This document shows positions 1-10,025 of a stretch of DNA of 64,000 nucleotides, piece after piece. Position 1 is the first letter of the stretch. Each line of letters opens with the position of its first letter. This DNA is from an uncultured Methanoregulaceae archaeon (GTDB lineage Archaea; Halobacteriota; Methanomicrobia; Methanomicrobiales; Methanospirillaceae), in contig CAWJAX010000003.1 of assembly GCA_963841015.1 (NCBI GenBank), positions 192,001-256,000 of the forward strand, given 5' to 3'. Below the pieces are notes generated by a model. That model was not told the origin of the DNA. It ran no database searches and saw only the letters and a program-made list of their open reading frames with translations. The translations under genes were made by a program, and so were the position numbers.

Positions 1-1993
1 TCTCGCTAAAAGCCTTGGGGGTTCAGAATTATCACCCTTTGTTATGTTCACCGGTGATGCCCCCCCTGGCGATCGCACTGAAGACTGGAACCGTGCAACG
101 GTAATTCTGGCAACACCCCAGGTTGTAAAAAATGACCTTATTGCAGGACGCTACACGCTGAAAGATGTATCACTCCTTATTGTTGACGAATGCCACCGTG
201 CAGTAGGCAACTACGCTTACGTATTTCTCGCACAACGATACCTTGCTAATGCTGATAAACCACGTATTCTTGCGATGACTGCATCACCGGGAGGTATGCA
301 GGAAAAGGTGCAGGAGGTTTGTTCAAATCTGGGCATCTCCCAGATTGAGAACCGGACAGAACATGATCCCGATGTCCGCCCCTACGTATTCGAGCGGGAT
401 CTCGAATACATCAGTATCGATCTCCCCCCCGATCTCAAAGCTGCAATCGCGGTTATCAACGCACTTATCGAAGAGCGTCTGGCACTTCTCGCATCCCTTC
501 ACTTCACCGTGCCAAAACGCGAAAAACTCACCATGAAAGCGTTGAATGAGATCAATGCGCAAATCCAGCAGCGTATCGCAAACCGTGATCCTGTAGCATA
601 TTCAGCAGCTTCGGTGTATGCTGCTTGTATGAAACTCAGACATGCAATTACTCTTGCTGAGTCCCAGGGAAGCGAAGTGCTGAAAGGATATCTTGCAAAG
701 CTGGTCGCTGAAGGCACAGGTTCCGGCGGCAGCAAAGCAAGCCAGGGTCTGGTTAAAGACCAATCCTTCCGAGATCTTTTCGAGCGTTCGCTTACGTGGA
801 AACAGGAACTCCATCCAAAACCTGAGATAACCCTGCATCTGGTACGAGAACAGCTGGATGAACATCCGGATAGTCGGATCATTATTTTTGCTACCTATCG
901 GGATACCGTGCAACTCCTCGTGGAGTATCTCATGAAAAATAATATCCCCTGCGAACGGTTTGTGGGGCAGGCAACAAAAGACTCTGAAAAAGGGCTCTCA
1001 CAAAAAAAACAAATCGCAGCGCTCACCCGGTTCCGTGAAGGTGAGTTTAAGGTGTTGATCGCTACTTCTGTGGGAGAAGAGGGTCTTGATGTACCTTCCA
1101 CGGATATGGTTATTTTTTATGAAGCCGTGCCATCAGAAATCCGATCCATCCAGCGCAGGGGCAGAACAGGCAGGTCGCGAGCTGGCAGGGTGGTTGTTCT
1201 TGTAACTAAGGGGACGTCGGATGAAGTGTTCCGGCATGTCAGCCAGGCAAAAGAATCAACTATGCATAAGAGCATGAAAGTTATGGGTAGCAGGAACTTC
1301 CCCCTGCAAACGTCTGTTTTTGTAGAACAGGCAAGTATCGATGAGTTCACCGTTCAGGGACCAAGGATTAGCATTGACGACCGCGAGACCTCATCAAAAG
1401 TTGTTGAGATCCTCTCAGGACTTGGAGCCGCAATTCATCTAAAACGACTTCCCCATGGCGACTATGCTATTGGTGACCGCATTTTAATCGAGCGTAAAAC
1501 AGCCCGGGATTTTGTTGATACATTGATCAACCGGGATTTACTCGGCCAGATTAAAACCATGGCCGAGAGTGTCCCTCGCCCGGTCCTGATCATTGAAGGG
1601 GGAGATCTGTACAGCCAGCGTGATATCCATCCAAATGCCATCAAGGGAGTGCTGGCAGCCCTTGCCATCGACATGGGGGTTTCACTTTTATTTACCCGAG
1701 ATGAACAGGATACTGCACAAATGCTTTTTATCATCGCAAAACGCGAAGATAGTGAGCGTGGTGAGCGGAAGATCCACTCTCATAAATCACACCACTCAGT
1801 CCGTGAAAACCTGGAGCACATTATTTCTGCATTCCCTGAGATCGGAATGAAAAACGCACGCCTTCTTCTCTCTCACTTTGGATCAGTGCAGGCAATCGTT
1901 AATGCTGAATTCCGGGAATTAACTTCAATAAAAGGAATAGGGCAGAAGACTGCACAGAAGATCTATGATCTCTGCCGCCATCCCTATAACTGA
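1..1993 (+). CDS. hef: Hef helicase/nuclease (SF2 DEAH helicase + ERCC4/XPF nuclease + HhH), 5'-truncated by the window edge
   Basis: DECH, TAS, ATSVGEEGLD and QRRGRTGR helicase motifs; GDY...ERKT ERCC4 motif; C-terminal HhH; frame open from position 2. Confidence 0.95.
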   Translation, partial: LAKSLGGSELSPFVMFTGDAPPGDRTEDWNRATVILATPQVVKNDLIAGRYTLKDVSLLIVDECHRAVGNYAYVFLAQRYLANADKPRILAMTASPGGMQEKVQEVCSNLGISQIENRTEHDPDVRPYVFERDLEYISIDLPPDLKAAIAVINALIEERLALLASLHFTVPKREKLTMKALNEINAQIQQRIANRDPVAYSAASVYAACMKLRHAITLAESQGSEVLKGYLAKLVAEGTGSGGSKASQGLVKDQSFRDLFERSLTWKQELHPKPEITLHLVREQLDEHPDSRIIIFATYRDTVQLLVEYLMKNNIPCERFVGQATKDSEKGLSQKKQIAALTRFREGEFKVLIATSVGEEGLDVPSTDMVIFYEAVPSEIRSIQRRGRTGRSRAGRVVVLVTKGTSDEVFRHVSQAKESTMHKSMKVMGSRNFPLQTSVFVEQASIDEFTVQGPRISIDDRETSSKVVEILSGLGAAIHLKRLPHGDYAIGDRILIERKTARDFVDTLINRDLLGQIKTMAESVPRPVLIIEGGDLYSQRDIHPNAIKGVLAALAIDMGVSLLFTRDEQDTAQMLFIIAKREDSERGERKIHSHKSHHSVRENLEHIISAFPEIGMKNARLLLSHFGSVQAIVNAEFRELTSIKGIGQKTAQKIYDLCRHPYN

Positions 1994-2370
1994 CACAGTA
2001 TTTTGAGCGCTTCGGTTCCTGCCTTCACTGCGTTCATCAGGGCAAGCACATTATCCGGATCTTTTTCGTTTTGTATGCGCTCACAGAGCGAGACGATGGT
2101 CATTGCAAGTTCATCGGTAAGCAATCCACCTTCGCACGACTCTTCATGGTGTTCACCGCAGCTGCATTCGTTACTATGTTGTTGACGTTCCCGGGCAGCC
2201 GGTGCGGTGCCGGGTTTTTCCCCTTGGGCTTTTTCTGCACAGACCACACACAGTGTTTTGCCTTTCACTTCAAAGAGCGGGCATCCACAGGTTTTACAGG
2301 ACTTCTCGAGCATTTTCCCTCCTTTAAGGAGGTGCTCTGCCATGATTTCGTCTTCCTTACGTACCGGCAC
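1984..2370 (-). CDS. UPF0148/Sjogren autoantigen p27-like zinc-ribbon protein
   Basis: MAEHLLKGGKMLEKSCKTCGCPLF...CVVC signature. Confidence 0.85.
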   Translation of the reverse strand: MPVRKEDEIMAEHLLKGGKMLEKSCKTCGCPLFEVKGKTLCVVCAEKAQGEKPGTAPAARERQQHSNECSCGEHHEESCEGGLLTDELAMTIVSLCERIQNEKDPDNVLALMNAVKAGTEALKILCQL

Positions 2371-2450
2371 ACAATCACCGTCGACTCAATATTTAACCTA
2401 TATATGTCGGTTCTACGTATTAACTACAGGTACACTGGTTAGGAGATACC

Positions 2451-2714
2451 ATGCCCAACCCTGAAAAAACTCTGGAAAACTGTATACTGATGCTGCAGCG
2501 CATTCAGGAAGACAGCTCAATACCCCGAAATATCCGGCGTGTGGCTGATGAAACCCGGACGCTGCTTACAAATAATTCCAAGGCAATGGGACTGCGCGCT
2601 GCGGAAGCAATTTCAAAGATTGATGAAATTTCCAATGATCCCAACATGCCGATCCATGCCCGGACAAGGATCTGGGAGCTGGTGTCGCAACTGGAGACAA
2701 TCCCTCTTGACTGA
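2451..2714 (+). CDS. UPF0147 family protein
   Basis: [10 protein letters not shown] and [16 protein letters not shown] motifs; AGGAG RBS. Confidence 0.9.
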   Translation: MPNPEKTLENCILMLQRIQEDSSIPRNIRRVADETRTLLTNNSKAMGLRAAEAISKIDEISNDPNMPIHARTRIWELVSQLETIPLD

Positions 2715-3682
2715 CACATTATTGTAAAAAAAATTGGGTTCATTATCAAAAAATTTACGAGCAGATACAAAAATCGAAAATTGGCTTTGTAGAATTCCTC
2801 AATGAGAATTAGGAATGACAAAGATGAAATCATTCTTGAAATGTTGTAGAGTATAACTTTCATTTTGATCTCCTTGATTTGGGATCTATATTTGCGAGCT
2901 TTGAGAGATTCACCGAACTTTCTTTTCATGACAGAGAATACCGTTTCGATCTTGTTTCTCTGATGATATTTTTGATTATCGAATAAGCGAGCGATCCGTT
3001 TTCGGTAATAACCGGAGATACGTTTCCGTTTTCGGTTTCTGACGGGAATGAGGGAGCATGAGTTGAGGGTATCTTGGATTAATTCATGGATCTCTTCTGA
3101 ATCGTATCCTTTATCCATGACATAGAGCTCAGACGGTCTGGTCCTGTGACATTGTTTGAGGAGTTTTTCAGCATGAGGAATATCATGGACGGGGTGTTGG
3201 GAGATCTTCAGACCGGTAATGATTTGTTGATCCGTGTCAACCGAGATCGAAGTTTTCAGGAATCGTTTTCTGGTTTTTCCGGTTCTCCAGGAATAATAAT
3301 GACTGGCGTACGAACTGGTGAATCCGGATGAGTCGATAGCGGTACAGGGTATCCTCTCTCCCCAGTCATAGAACATTTTCATGAGTCTGTTCAGTAACCG
3401 GGTAAATGTGGAGGACCGGATCCGTTGACAGAACTTGTGAATCGTCGTGAAATGCGGTACTTCATCGAGATGGATCTTTTCCCGAAGTGAGTCCATAATT
3501 TCAGTAAGTTCGACGGTGTCCCGGTAATCTTCAGACAGGTATTCTTTCAGGAGAGGGAGAATGAGCAACTGGTGCTGGGTATAGATCTTTTTGGAATATT
3601 TTGAAGAGTACAGTGGAATTCGGCAATCTCGGATCAAACCAGAAGATAATTCAACAAACCTGATATACCGGTTTGTCGACAT
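2504..3682 (-). CDS. IS5-family DDE transposase; no stop inside the element, so the ORF runs into flanking DNA
   Basis: PHFTT, AIDSSG (D), MDKGYDS (D), [12 protein letters not shown] (E) motifs; element-encoded part ends near ...EEFYKA at 2783. Confidence 0.9.
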   Translation of the reverse strand: MSTNRYIRFVELSSGLIRDCRIPLYSSKYSKKIYTQHQLLILPLLKEYLSEDYRDTVELTEIMDSLREKIHLDEVPHFTTIHKFCQRIRSSTFTRLLNRLMKMFYDWGERIPCTAIDSSGFTSSYASHYYSWRTGKTRKRFLKTSISVDTDQQIITGLKISQHPVHDIPHAEKLLKQCHRTRPSELYVMDKGYDSEEIHELIQDTLNSCSLIPVRNRKRKRISGYYRKRIARLFDNQKYHQRNKIETVFSVMKRKFGESLKARKYRSQIKEIKMKVILYNISRMISSLSFLILIEEFYKANFRFLYLLVNFLIMNPIFFTIMCQSRGIVSSCDTSSQILVRAWIGMLGSLEISSIFEIASAARSPIALELFVSSVRVSSATRRIFRGIELSS

Positions 3683-3789
3683 TATCTTGCCTCCTTATGG
3701 TTACTGAACATAACAAGGTAAGGAGGCGCCGTACCTTAGCTTTTGTGGTCAGCTTTTTACTTCTGTGAACTTAGCATTTCTACAGAGCC
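2783..3789 (-). mobile_element. Complete ~1007-bp IS5-family (ISH1-like) insertion sequence
   Basis: Terminal inverted repeats GGCTTTGTAGAA (2783) and TTCTACAGAGCC (ends 3789), 11/12 match; direct repeat CGAAAATT at 2775-2782 and 3790-3797. Confidence 0.92.
3689..3727 (-). promoter_or_regulatory. Stem-loop covering the transposase Shine-Dalgarno
   Basis: GCCTCCTTA (3689-3697) and TAAGGAGGC (3719-3727) form a perfect 9-bp inverted repeat just upstream of the ATG at 3682. Confidence 0.65.
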
Positions 3790-3991
3790 CGAAAATTATC
3801 CGTTTTAATTCCGATTTCATATCTTACCGGCATGCCCGGAGTTTTTTCAGGTCTGGTTTCCTGAAGCTGTCAAAGGGATATGAAAAAAACCAACGGTATT
3901 TCACCCTCTTTTGTTGTATATGATACTGCAATCTGAGCGCTTCTTTTAAAAAAAACGGAACATCCAATCGGTTGATAATAAAACCATCACA

Positions 3992-5773
3992 TCATGGATG
4001 GTTGGCGGTTCTTGAAAACCGGTACACTCCTTTGGGTACATTCATTTCAAAGCGGGCACCATGCTGGAATTCCCCTGCTTCTTTAATAGAGATATTTGTT
4101 ATGGAAAGGATTTCCCGGGATAGAAATAATCCGAGCCCCGTATTCTTACCAAACCCTCGCTCGAAGATCATTTCCTTGTCATGTACCGGAATGCCAATGC
4201 CATCATCTTCAATACGGATCAAAAGGCCATCGGATAACTCCTCTGAAAACAGCCGGACTACAGACACCCGGTCACCATGCTCTACCGCATTCTCCACAAT
4301 GTTGTAAAATACTCGTTCGAGCAGGGGATCGGCAAATATCTCCAATCCATCAGCAGGAGCCTCAAACCGTATTTTTCTTATGTCAATGTGGATGCAGACC
4401 CTGTAGAACAAATCAGTCACATTCTGCCATTTGGGTTCTACGACCCCAAGATCCTGGTAGAGTTTGGTAAATTCTATGTTCTCCGTTATCATCTTTACTG
4501 CAGTTTTCAGCTTGGTAAGATACATGGAGTGTTGGGGTTCCGGGGGGTGATCCGTGAACAGTTCAAGGTATCCGCCAAGAACCGTCAGTTTATTCCGGAT
4601 ATCATGCCGGGTGATCTCAGCAAGGAGGTTGAGTTTTTTATTGGCGAGTTGAAGGGCATCATGTGCTTTTTTAATATCAGAAATATCATGGAATATCCCC
4701 ATCATGCACCTTCTTCCACCCAGGTTGAGTATTGCAGCGCTGACAATAACCGGGATAAGGTCCCCATTCTGGTCTACAACAACCTCCTCCTGCAATCCCA
4801 TCCCTTCCCGGGCATGTTTTTTGAAATATGCACGATATCTTTCCTCTTCCTCTTTTGGATGAAGCTGGCTTTCGTGCATGGTCTGGATTTCAGCAAGTGT
4901 CCTTCCAATCAGCGCCTGTGTTTTATTATTTGCATCGAGAAGCATGCCGGTTTCTGCGTCTGCAATAAAAATTGCATCATTTGCGTAATCCATGAGCCCC
5001 TTGTTCTTTTCATAGGCAGATTTCAGTTCGTCTTCCGCGTGTTTCCGGTCCGTGATATCCCGCACGAATGCAAAAACATATGCCTGAGGCCCAAATTCGA
5101 TATAATTGAGAAGAATTTCCACCGGGATAAGTGAGCCATCTTTTTTCCGGTGGGTGTCCTGAACAGTGAGATATTTCCGCTTGCTTATCCCGGGCCAGAG
5201 AGAACCTAAATGGTTGTCGATAAACCGTGGATTGATATCCTGTATGGTGAGCAGGGAAAATTCTTCCCGGGAATATCCAAGCATTGAACAAATTGTATCG
5301 TTAAAAAAAGTAATTCCCCCGTATTCATTGATCCAGAGAATTCCTTCAGCCGCATTACTGACGGTGGCCTTCATCATGCGAAGTTCCTCCTCGGCCTTTT
5401 TCCTCCTGAATGCCTGGCGTATCTTATGACTTAGTTCGCTGAACTGGGCCCGGGGATCCCCTCCTTTCTGGAGATAAAAGTCAGCACCGTTTTCGATTGC
5501 TTCAATAACGACTTCCTCACGTCCCTTCCCGGTAAAAAGGATGAACGGGATCTCTTTGAACTCCGTCCGCACCTGTTTGAGAAATTCTATTCCATCCATT
5601 CCCGGCATCTGATAATCAGAGACAATTGCATCAATCGTCCCTTTGTTAAGGATTTGTAACCCTTCCTTAGCGGAAGTGACGGTAGCAACTGAGAAATCCC
5701 CCTCCCTCTCTAAAAAAAGTTTGCAGAGGTCGAGCAGATCAGGCTCGTCATCTACGTAAAGGAGGGAAATCAT
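3992..5773 (-). CDS. Hybrid sensor kinase REC-PAS-PAS-HisKA-HATPase
   Basis: YVDDE, DYQMPGMDG, two PAS/PAC (RDITDRK), RHDIRNKL H-box, DDGIGI and GLGL boxes. Confidence 0.93.
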   Translation of the reverse strand: MISLLYVDDEPDLLDLCKLFLEREGDFSVATVTSAKEGLQILNKGTIDAIVSDYQMPGMDGIEFLKQVRTEFKEIPFILFTGKGREEVVIEAIENGADFYLQKGGDPRAQFSELSHKIRQAFRRKKAEEELRMMKATVSNAAEGILWINEYGGITFFNDTICSMLGYSREEFSLLTIQDINPRFIDNHLGSLWPGISKRKYLTVQDTHRKKDGSLIPVEILLNYIEFGPQAYVFAFVRDITDRKHAEDELKSAYEKNKGLMDYANDAIFIADAETGMLLDANNKTQALIGRTLAEIQTMHESQLHPKEEEERYRAYFKKHAREGMGLQEEVVVDQNGDLIPVIVSAAILNLGGRRCMMGIFHDISDIKKAHDALQLANKKLNLLAEITRHDIRNKLTVLGGYLELFTDHPPEPQHSMYLTKLKTAVKMITENIEFTKLYQDLGVVEPKWQNVTDLFYRVCIHIDIRKIRFEAPADGLEIFADPLLERVFYNIVENAVEHGDRVSVVRLFSEELSDGLLIRIEDDGIGIPVHDKEMIFERGFGKNTGLGLFLSREILSITNISIKEAGEFQHGARFEMNVPKGVYRFSRTANHP

Positions 5774-6196
5774 TGATTTTATTATTGTTCCGTCTAGGAT
5801 TTAGTTTTTTGTTCAGACAAGAATAGAAATCAGCGTATAAAACCCAAAACCAGAAAAAATCCCCTGATTTACCATTGTGTATTTGGATTCATGCAGTGCA
5901 TTGTAACGTTCACGGTAATTTCGTGTGATTGACATGAATATCTCATTAGTATGACAAAGCCAACAAAATCATGACGTGAAAGGTCGGAGCACAAGGATTC
6001 GGGAGGTAGTCTGTTTCCTGCTGATGAACTGCACTTATCCTTCATCAAAGATCAACACCGGGGTCGCTTATCAGTTATTCTTATCTGAATCTGGGGTTAC
6101 ATTCTTTTCATTTCAGGCACAGAGCGATCCCTTCAAAAAGGTGTTAAGGTTTTAAAAATGTCTTCATTTCTTTGGGGTTCAGCAGTGTTCGGTTTA

Positions 6197-8575
6197 TCAG
6201 CGTTGGAACCCGTCAGTCGGAACAATAATTTCAAACCGTGCACCCTTTTTATACTCCCCGCTCTCCCCGATCGTTATGCCAGTACTTTCAAGGATCTTCT
6301 GAGCCAGAAAGAGGCCGAGGGTTTTTCCATTCCCCGCCCTCCACTCAAAGAGGTGAACTTTGTTTTCCGGCGATATTCCAATTCCATTATCAGCGACCGT
6401 TATGATGAGGTCTGTTGTGGAGTAATGGAAAGATACATCGATACGGGTAACTTTCTCTCCATATTTATACGAATAATTAAAGAGATGGTAAAAAACCTTT
6501 TCAAAGAGCGGGTCAGCAAAAACAACAGGACTGTCCTGTTCTATGTTCAGGATAATTGATTCCGTCTCAACTTCGAGAAATGCCCTTCGTATTACTGCTG
6601 ATACATTTTGCCATGTGGGAGTATCGGTTCCAAGATTTTCATATTCTCGGGTGAAGATTATCTGACGTTGTATGGTTTTTGTTGCTGTCTGGGCACGAAC
6701 CAGATGTTTCAGCAGATCAGGTTCCTGGATACCATAGCTTGCAAGTTCAAGAGAGCCGCTGACAACCATCAGCTGATTCAGGATATCATGCCGTATCATA
6801 CTGGAGAACATGTCGAGATTTTTTCTTGCAAGAATCCGGGCACTTTCAGCCCGTTTCCTATCAGAGATGTCGTAAATCAGGCACTGGATAATCTGATGAT
6901 CATTGAGAGAACTGACCTTGCTGATTAATTCAACGTTAATTGTCTTACCGCCCCTGGTAACGAAGGGAATATCTTTGTACTGCATATATCCGGTTTTTTC
7001 CAGTTCTGTAAAGAATTGTTCAGCTGGTATTGCCTCTTTGGAAAATCCTATTTCACCGAGGTTTCTTCCAAGGAGATAATCCAGCGGATACCCTGTGAGC
7101 GTGACAATAAACGGATTTGCGTCGATAATCTTTTTGGTATCAGATTCAAGGATAATGATGCCATGATCTGTAGTATCAAACAAACGATGGAATTTTTCAT
7201 CCTTCTGGTGCAGTTCCCTGACATCATGCATCGATTGAATCGCACCGGAAAGCTGCCCGTTTTTATCAAATAACAGAGAAGCAGTCAGTTCAAAGGTGGT
7301 GGTTTTTCCTTTCAGACGGGGAACCTGTTTTTTTGCTCTGATGCAATTTTGGCTTCGCTGTATTGCCGAGTAGTGGTATGTCTGAAGTTCTGCGTCAGTA
7401 GCAAAAACCAGATCAAGAAGGCCTGGCATTCGTGTTCCGAATATGTGAAAAGAATATTCGTAATTACCCAGACCAAGTACCTTCTCGGCACTGATTTGGG
7501 TAAGTTTCTCCATTGCCTTGTTCCAGACAATGATGGTGCCTTGTGTATCTATGGCAAATGTTGCATCCGGAAGGAAATTGATTATCTCTAAAAGCCGGTG
7601 CTCCGATGTTTCCAGTTCTTCCCTTACCCGTCTTTGATTCTCCTCCTTTTCCATTGTTTTTAACACAAATGAAATATCTTCCGAAATTCCATTCAGTAAT
7701 CGGATCTCGGAATCGATAAAAAAGTTTTTCTCATACGAATAGAGAGTAATCGCCCCTCGTGTTGTTTTTCCCGTGCTTAACGGGAATGCTGCTGCAGATC
7801 GATATCCTTTCCTGAGGGCATCTTCTTCCCACATCTCCATTGTCGGGTAAGACTGGATATCATTGCATATGCTATACTTACCCTTTCTGATTGCAGTGAC
7901 GGTTGGACCCTGTCCATTGGTAATATCATCGGAAGATTCTCTGACTTTGACAAAAAAATTATCCACTATCCCACTTGCAGTGATACGATTAATTCTGTGG
8001 GTGTCAGGATCTTCAAACCCTGCCCAGGCCAAAACAAATCCCGCTTCTTTGACCATTATCTTGCACACTTCCTGCATCAGATGCATCTGGTCATGAATAT
8101 GCACTACTGACTCATTGATCCGCCGAAGTATCGCATCTACCCGGTTGAGACGTGCAATCTTCTGTTCGCTTTCCCGGAATTCGATAGCACGTTTTACCTT
8201 ATGGGACAACTCACCAAACTGGGATTTTGGATCTCTGCCTTTTTTTATATAATCTTCAGCACCATGGCCGAGGCCTTCAATGAAGATTTCTTCCCGGTCT
8301 TTCCCACTAAAAATAATTACGGGGAGTCTGGGGAAGTTTTCCCGGACAATTTTTTGAAGATGAATACTGTCAATGTCCGGCATCACATGATCAGATATGA
8401 TCGCATCAAATTGACTGCTCTTTAACCGTTCAAGGCCTTCGGCGGTAGTGTAGGCAATTTCTACCCGAATCGCCATCTCACGTTCAAAAAAACGCCTGCC
8501 CGAATCCAGAAGGACCGGGTCACTATCAATATACAGGACCGATATCACCGCAACCCACTTCAGCAGACTATCCAA
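6197..8575 (-). CDS. Hybrid sensor kinase REC-GAF-PAS-PAS-HisKA-HATPase
   Basis: Atypical REC (IDSD...DHVMP), GAF (GPT...GYRSAAAFPL), PAS domains, RHDILNQL, DNGIGI. Confidence 0.9.
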   Translation of the reverse strand: MDSLLKWVAVISVLYIDSDPVLLDSGRRFFEREMAIRVEIAYTTAEGLERLKSSQFDAIISDHVMPDIDSIHLQKIVRENFPRLPVIIFSGKDREEIFIEGLGHGAEDYIKKGRDPKSQFGELSHKVKRAIEFRESEQKIARLNRVDAILRRINESVVHIHDQMHLMQEVCKIMVKEAGFVLAWAGFEDPDTHRINRITASGIVDNFFVKVRESSDDITNGQGPTVTAIRKGKYSICNDIQSYPTMEMWEEDALRKGYRSAAAFPLSTGKTTRGAITLYSYEKNFFIDSEIRLLNGISEDISFVLKTMEKEENQRRVREELETSEHRLLEIINFLPDATFAIDTQGTIIVWNKAMEKLTQISAEKVLGLGNYEYSFHIFGTRMPGLLDLVFATDAELQTYHYSAIQRSQNCIRAKKQVPRLKGKTTTFELTASLLFDKNGQLSGAIQSMHDVRELHQKDEKFHRLFDTTDHGIIILESDTKKIIDANPFIVTLTGYPLDYLLGRNLGEIGFSKEAIPAEQFFTELEKTGYMQYKDIPFVTRGGKTINVELISKVSSLNDHQIIQCLIYDISDRKRAESARILARKNLDMFSSMIRHDILNQLMVVSGSLELASYGIQEPDLLKHLVRAQTATKTIQRQIIFTREYENLGTDTPTWQNVSAVIRRAFLEVETESIILNIEQDSPVVFADPLFEKVFYHLFNYSYKYGEKVTRIDVSFHYSTTDLIITVADNGIGISPENKVHLFEWRAGNGKTLGLFLAQKILESTGITIGESGEYKKGARFEIIVPTDGFQR

Positions 8576-8747
8576 TCCGCTCTATTTACATTCTGTAATA
8601 CAGTATTAAATATACCGGTCGTTCTTGTTCATAAACCGAATTATCACGGGTTTTTGTTTGTAAATCGCAGCATTTTCCCAATCTGACGCAATCCCCGGCT
8701 TCCGTATATTTTTATATAATCACAAAAACCTATATGTTCCTGAATTC

Positions 8748-9725
8748 ATGGAAATCCTTTCTATCTTCCTGATCATCGCGGGTCTCGTTTTGTTTGAGAC
8801 AATAACCAGCATTGATAATGCCATTATCAATGCCGAAGTGCTCTCGACCATGGGTCAAAGGGCAAGACGCTGGTTTTTAACCTGGGGATTGTTAATCGCT
8901 GTCTTTGCAATCCGGGGTTTGCTTCCCTGGCTGATCGTCTGGATGTCAACGACCTCTCTGGGACCTCTTGGGGCATTAACTGCAACATTCTCAAGTGATC
9001 CACTCGTACTGGCAGCTATAGAACAGTCAGCTCCCATCCTTCTGATGGGAGGGGGAACGTTCCTGCTCTTTCTTTTCCTGCACTGGCTGTTCCTTGAGAG
9101 TAAAAATTTCGGTCTGCGGGGGGAGCGCTATATCGCTTCAAAAGGAGTCTGGTTCTTTGCCATTGTCTCTCTCCTCCTTACCGGGCTTGTCTGGTTTGCA
9201 TTGGAAAAATCTCCCCTTGTCGCGTTTGGAGCCGTGGTTGGTTCAACGACATTTTTTATTGTCCATGGATTCCGGCAGAATGCTGAAGAAGCGGAGAAGA
9301 AGATGCTTCAGTCATCTGGTATGTCAGATGTTAGCAAAGTCTTTTATCTTGAGGTCATCGATGCAACGTTCTCCATCGATGGTGTCATTGGTGCATTCGC
9401 GTTTACCATGTCTGTACCCCTTATCCTCATCGGTAATGGTATCGGTGCGTTTGTCGTCCGGGAATTAACCATACGAAACGTTGACAATATCAAGAAATAC
9501 CGGTATCTGAAAAACGGGGCAATGTACTCCATCTGCTTCCTGGGAGTTATCATGATGATGGATAGTTTCGGGGTTCATATCCCCTTCTGGGTCTCACCTG
9601 TCATCACATTTGGAGTCGTCGGATTCTTCATGATTAAATCGATGCGGGAAATCCCCCCGGCTGTCCGAATAAAATCAGGAGCCTGGCAAAACCATTGTTT
9701 TTTGGATGTCGCCAGCATGACCTGA
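8748..9725 (+). CDS. DUF475/TerC-like integral membrane protein
   Basis: SIDNAIINA, FYLEVIDATFSIDGVIGAFA and YLKNGAMYSI motifs; many TM helices. Confidence 0.85.
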   Translation: MEILSIFLIIAGLVLFETITSIDNAIINAEVLSTMGQRARRWFLTWGLLIAVFAIRGLLPWLIVWMSTTSLGPLGALTATFSSDPLVLAAIEQSAPILLMGGGTFLLFLFLHWLFLESKNFGLRGERYIASKGVWFFAIVSLLLTGLVWFALEKSPLVAFGAVVGSTTFFIVHGFRQNAEEAEKKMLQSSGMSDVSKVFYLEVIDATFSIDGVIGAFAFTMSVPLILIGNGIGAFVVRELTIRNVDNIKKYRYLKNGAMYSICFLGVIMMMDSFGVHIPFWVSPVITFGVVGFFMIKSMREIPPAVRIKSGAWQNHCFLDVASMT

Positions 9726-10025
9726 ATCCTGGTTTTTTATAATGCTCCGGAAAATTTCCTGATTATGAAATGAAATATCGGTACAGGATAGTTTAAACGG
9801 GCGGACTGTGCCACTTTCCCGGAGGGCCCCTCCTGATATTCAGGTTAGGGGTATGTTACCCAATAGGGCATTATCCCTTTTTTTTGGGGAGCTGGAGCGC
9901 CAACGTGAAATACCGTAAGATTTGTGTTTTTTTTCAGTCTTACAAAAAATGAATGGACAGAATTCTGGCTGACGTCATGTATTCCCGTTTCTGCTGCACA
10001 TCTTCCATACCAACCTCAGAAAGCA

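Noticed and set aside
4277-5134. 285-aa plus-strand ORF, and the 325-aa ORF at 53757
   Set aside because: Antisense shadows of the sensor kinase and of lon
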